Part shown: one piece after another, positions 62,275 to 64,000 of the stretch | How the letters are laid out: each line of letters begins with the position of its first letter | How positions within the stretch are numbered: position 1 is the stretch's first letter | Origin: Eremomyces bilateralis CBS 781.70 | Taxonomy: Eukaryota | Strand: one strand, 5' to 3' | NCBI GenBank assembly: GCA_010015585.1 | Contig: ML975151.1 | Length of the DNA: 64,000 bases | The notes under the pieces: model-generated | What the model was told of the DNA's origin: nothing | The model's input: the letters and a program-made list of their open reading frames with translations, nothing else | Databases searched by the model: none | Program-made: the position numbers and the translations under genes

Positions 62275-64000
62275 ATGGCGGCCTTCAAATTTACAGCCAA
62301 CCCTATCCAGATCGCGAGCTATGTTGGAGGTGTCGCACTCTTCAGTATCTCCTTCCTCGTCTTCCTCAACTCGAGCATATCGTTCGTGATCACCGACCGG
62401 ATTGGATTGAAGGATGGCGTCGGAGATGCGGTTGGCACACTGGGATTTGCAGATGAACTTGTCGCATTGGTCGCTTGTCCTATCTGGGGTGTTCTCAGCG
62501 ATCGTATCGGCGTGAGGTTGGTGGCGGTAATCGGATATTTGATTGTCGGCCTCAGTTTGATGCTGCTGGTTCAAGCGACGAACATCTATCCACAGCTCTT
62601 GCTGGCACGGTTGTTCTTCAGCATTGGAGGTGCTGCAACGTACGAAACCACAATCGGAGTCAACGACATAGGCTAATTTTACCTCAGCGCAACGATGGTC
62701 ACCGCAATTCTACCCGCCATGACTTATGAGAAACCCAATGATGGACGTACACAAGATACCTTCCCGTCAAATATGCGGTCACACCGTCATAGTGTAGCAC
62801 CGTCGGTCTCTTCCGAACTCACCATTACCCCCGCTCGATACCGTACACAATCACCGTTGTTCGAAGAATCCTCGAATTCAAAGAATTCTCCAGCCGCTGC
62901 TGCATCCCAGCTGGCTGGAGTGGTGGGGATGTTCACCGGGCTAGGAGCGCTGATTGCGCTGCTGATATTCCTTCCTCTACCTGCGACGTTCCAGAACCGA
63001 GGAGACGCCCCCAGTGATGCTGTTGCGAAAAGCTTCTACGTTGTCGGAACCATTTCCTTTGTGGTTGCGGCCTTCTGTTTCCTAGGACTGCGAGATCTCC
63101 CTGGCGAGGACGGAAAAGGCTGGCACCATGTTGGATCTTATCTCCACCAATTCAAGTCAAACCCCGACGTTGGATATGAGGAGTTAACACCGGACCTCCC
63201 ACCTTATCACCGACTTCTCTACAGAGCGTTCGTGCTCGGCTTCAAAGACGTTAACATCGGACTCGGATACCTCGGCGGATTCGTTGCGAGGGCGTCATCC
63301 GTTGCAATATCCCTCTTCATTCCTGTCTTCGTCAATGCCTATTTCATCTCGTCTGGATTGTGCTCCGGTGACTCAGGGTCGGACATCAGGCATCAGTGCA
63401 ACCGAGCCTACAAAGTAGCTGCAGCACTTTCTGGCGCCAGTCAACTTGTCGCGCTTCTCTGCGCGCCAGTGTATGGATATCTCTCCAGCAAGTACGTTCG
63501 TTTCAATGAACCTCTCCTGTTGGCGGCTATCTCGGGAATCGCGGGGTACCTGTCGTTCGGCCTTGTCAGGAACCCCGATTACAATGGCGAGGATGGAAGC
63601 GTGGGCGTCTTCTTTATTGTTGCGCTATTGGGAATCTCGCAGATTGGAGCAATCGTGTGCAGTCTTGGGCTCCTTGCACGCGGTATCCAAACTTCAGAGC
63701 CTCAAGTTAGGAAGACAGCAAATGGCGAAGCCGGCGACGGTCATTCTGTGGGAGGATCGGACAGTATGAGCAGCACACGAGTCGTGTCGCCATCTATCAC
63801 TTCTAATGGGCTGAGGAATCCATTAGATGAGACCGGTTTGGAAACAACAGACGGCACCATAGAAACGCAACCACTTCTTTCAAACCCCCCTCCCGAAACA
63901 TCCACAAGCGAAGATAGGAGGCAACTCAAAGGATCAATAGCAGGGATCTATTCTCTGGCTGGCGGCGCAGGCATTCTTCTACTCACCAAGGTCGGTGGTG
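62275..64000 (+). CDS. MFS transporter, 3' end beyond the window; intron 62640-62687
   Basis: Multiple TM helices. MFS motif A WGVLSDRIGVR and a second-half YGYLSSK repeat. Also GTLGFADELVAL, LLLARLFFSIGG and GYLGGFVARASSVAISLFIP. Confidence 0.88.

Overview
This is gene-dense, intron-containing DNA from a filamentous ascomycete (Pezizomycotina; Dothideomycetes is my inference from protein style and from short 45-75 nt introns with CTRAC-type branch points). It is mostly a core-genome segment. In order: secreted M20 peptidase (+), PEX1 (-), MCM7 (+), a cutinase with a long Gly/Ser/Leu repeat tail (-), ER alpha-1,2-mannosidase GH47 (-), a small accessory-looking patch (Cys/His orphan ORF plus an FtsJ-like methyltransferase with an early in-frame TAG), condensin kleisin BRN1 (-), an uncharacterised membrane protein (+), an APC amino-acid/GABA-type permease (+), the trehalose-synthase regulatory subunit TSL1/TPS3-like (+, with a GC-AG intron), eIF2-gamma (-), an ArfGAP-UBA Gts1-like protein (+), separase (-), a broken 2OG-Fe(II) dioxygenase (+), RAD5 (-), NDUFAF6 (+), an orphan Pro-rich single-TM ORF (+), the Na+/H+ antiporter NHA1 (+), a candidate 62-aa spliced microprotein gene absent from the ORF track (-), and an MFS transporter that runs off the right edge (+). 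I found no transposase, rRNA, confident tRNA or CRISPR array, and no clear multi-gene novel system. The best leads are the hidden microprotein gene, the cutinase with its low-complexity tail, two genes that look recently inactivated, and several structured promoter arrays. Exon boundaries were read by eye and may be off by a few bases. Family assignments rest on recognised motifs, not database searches.
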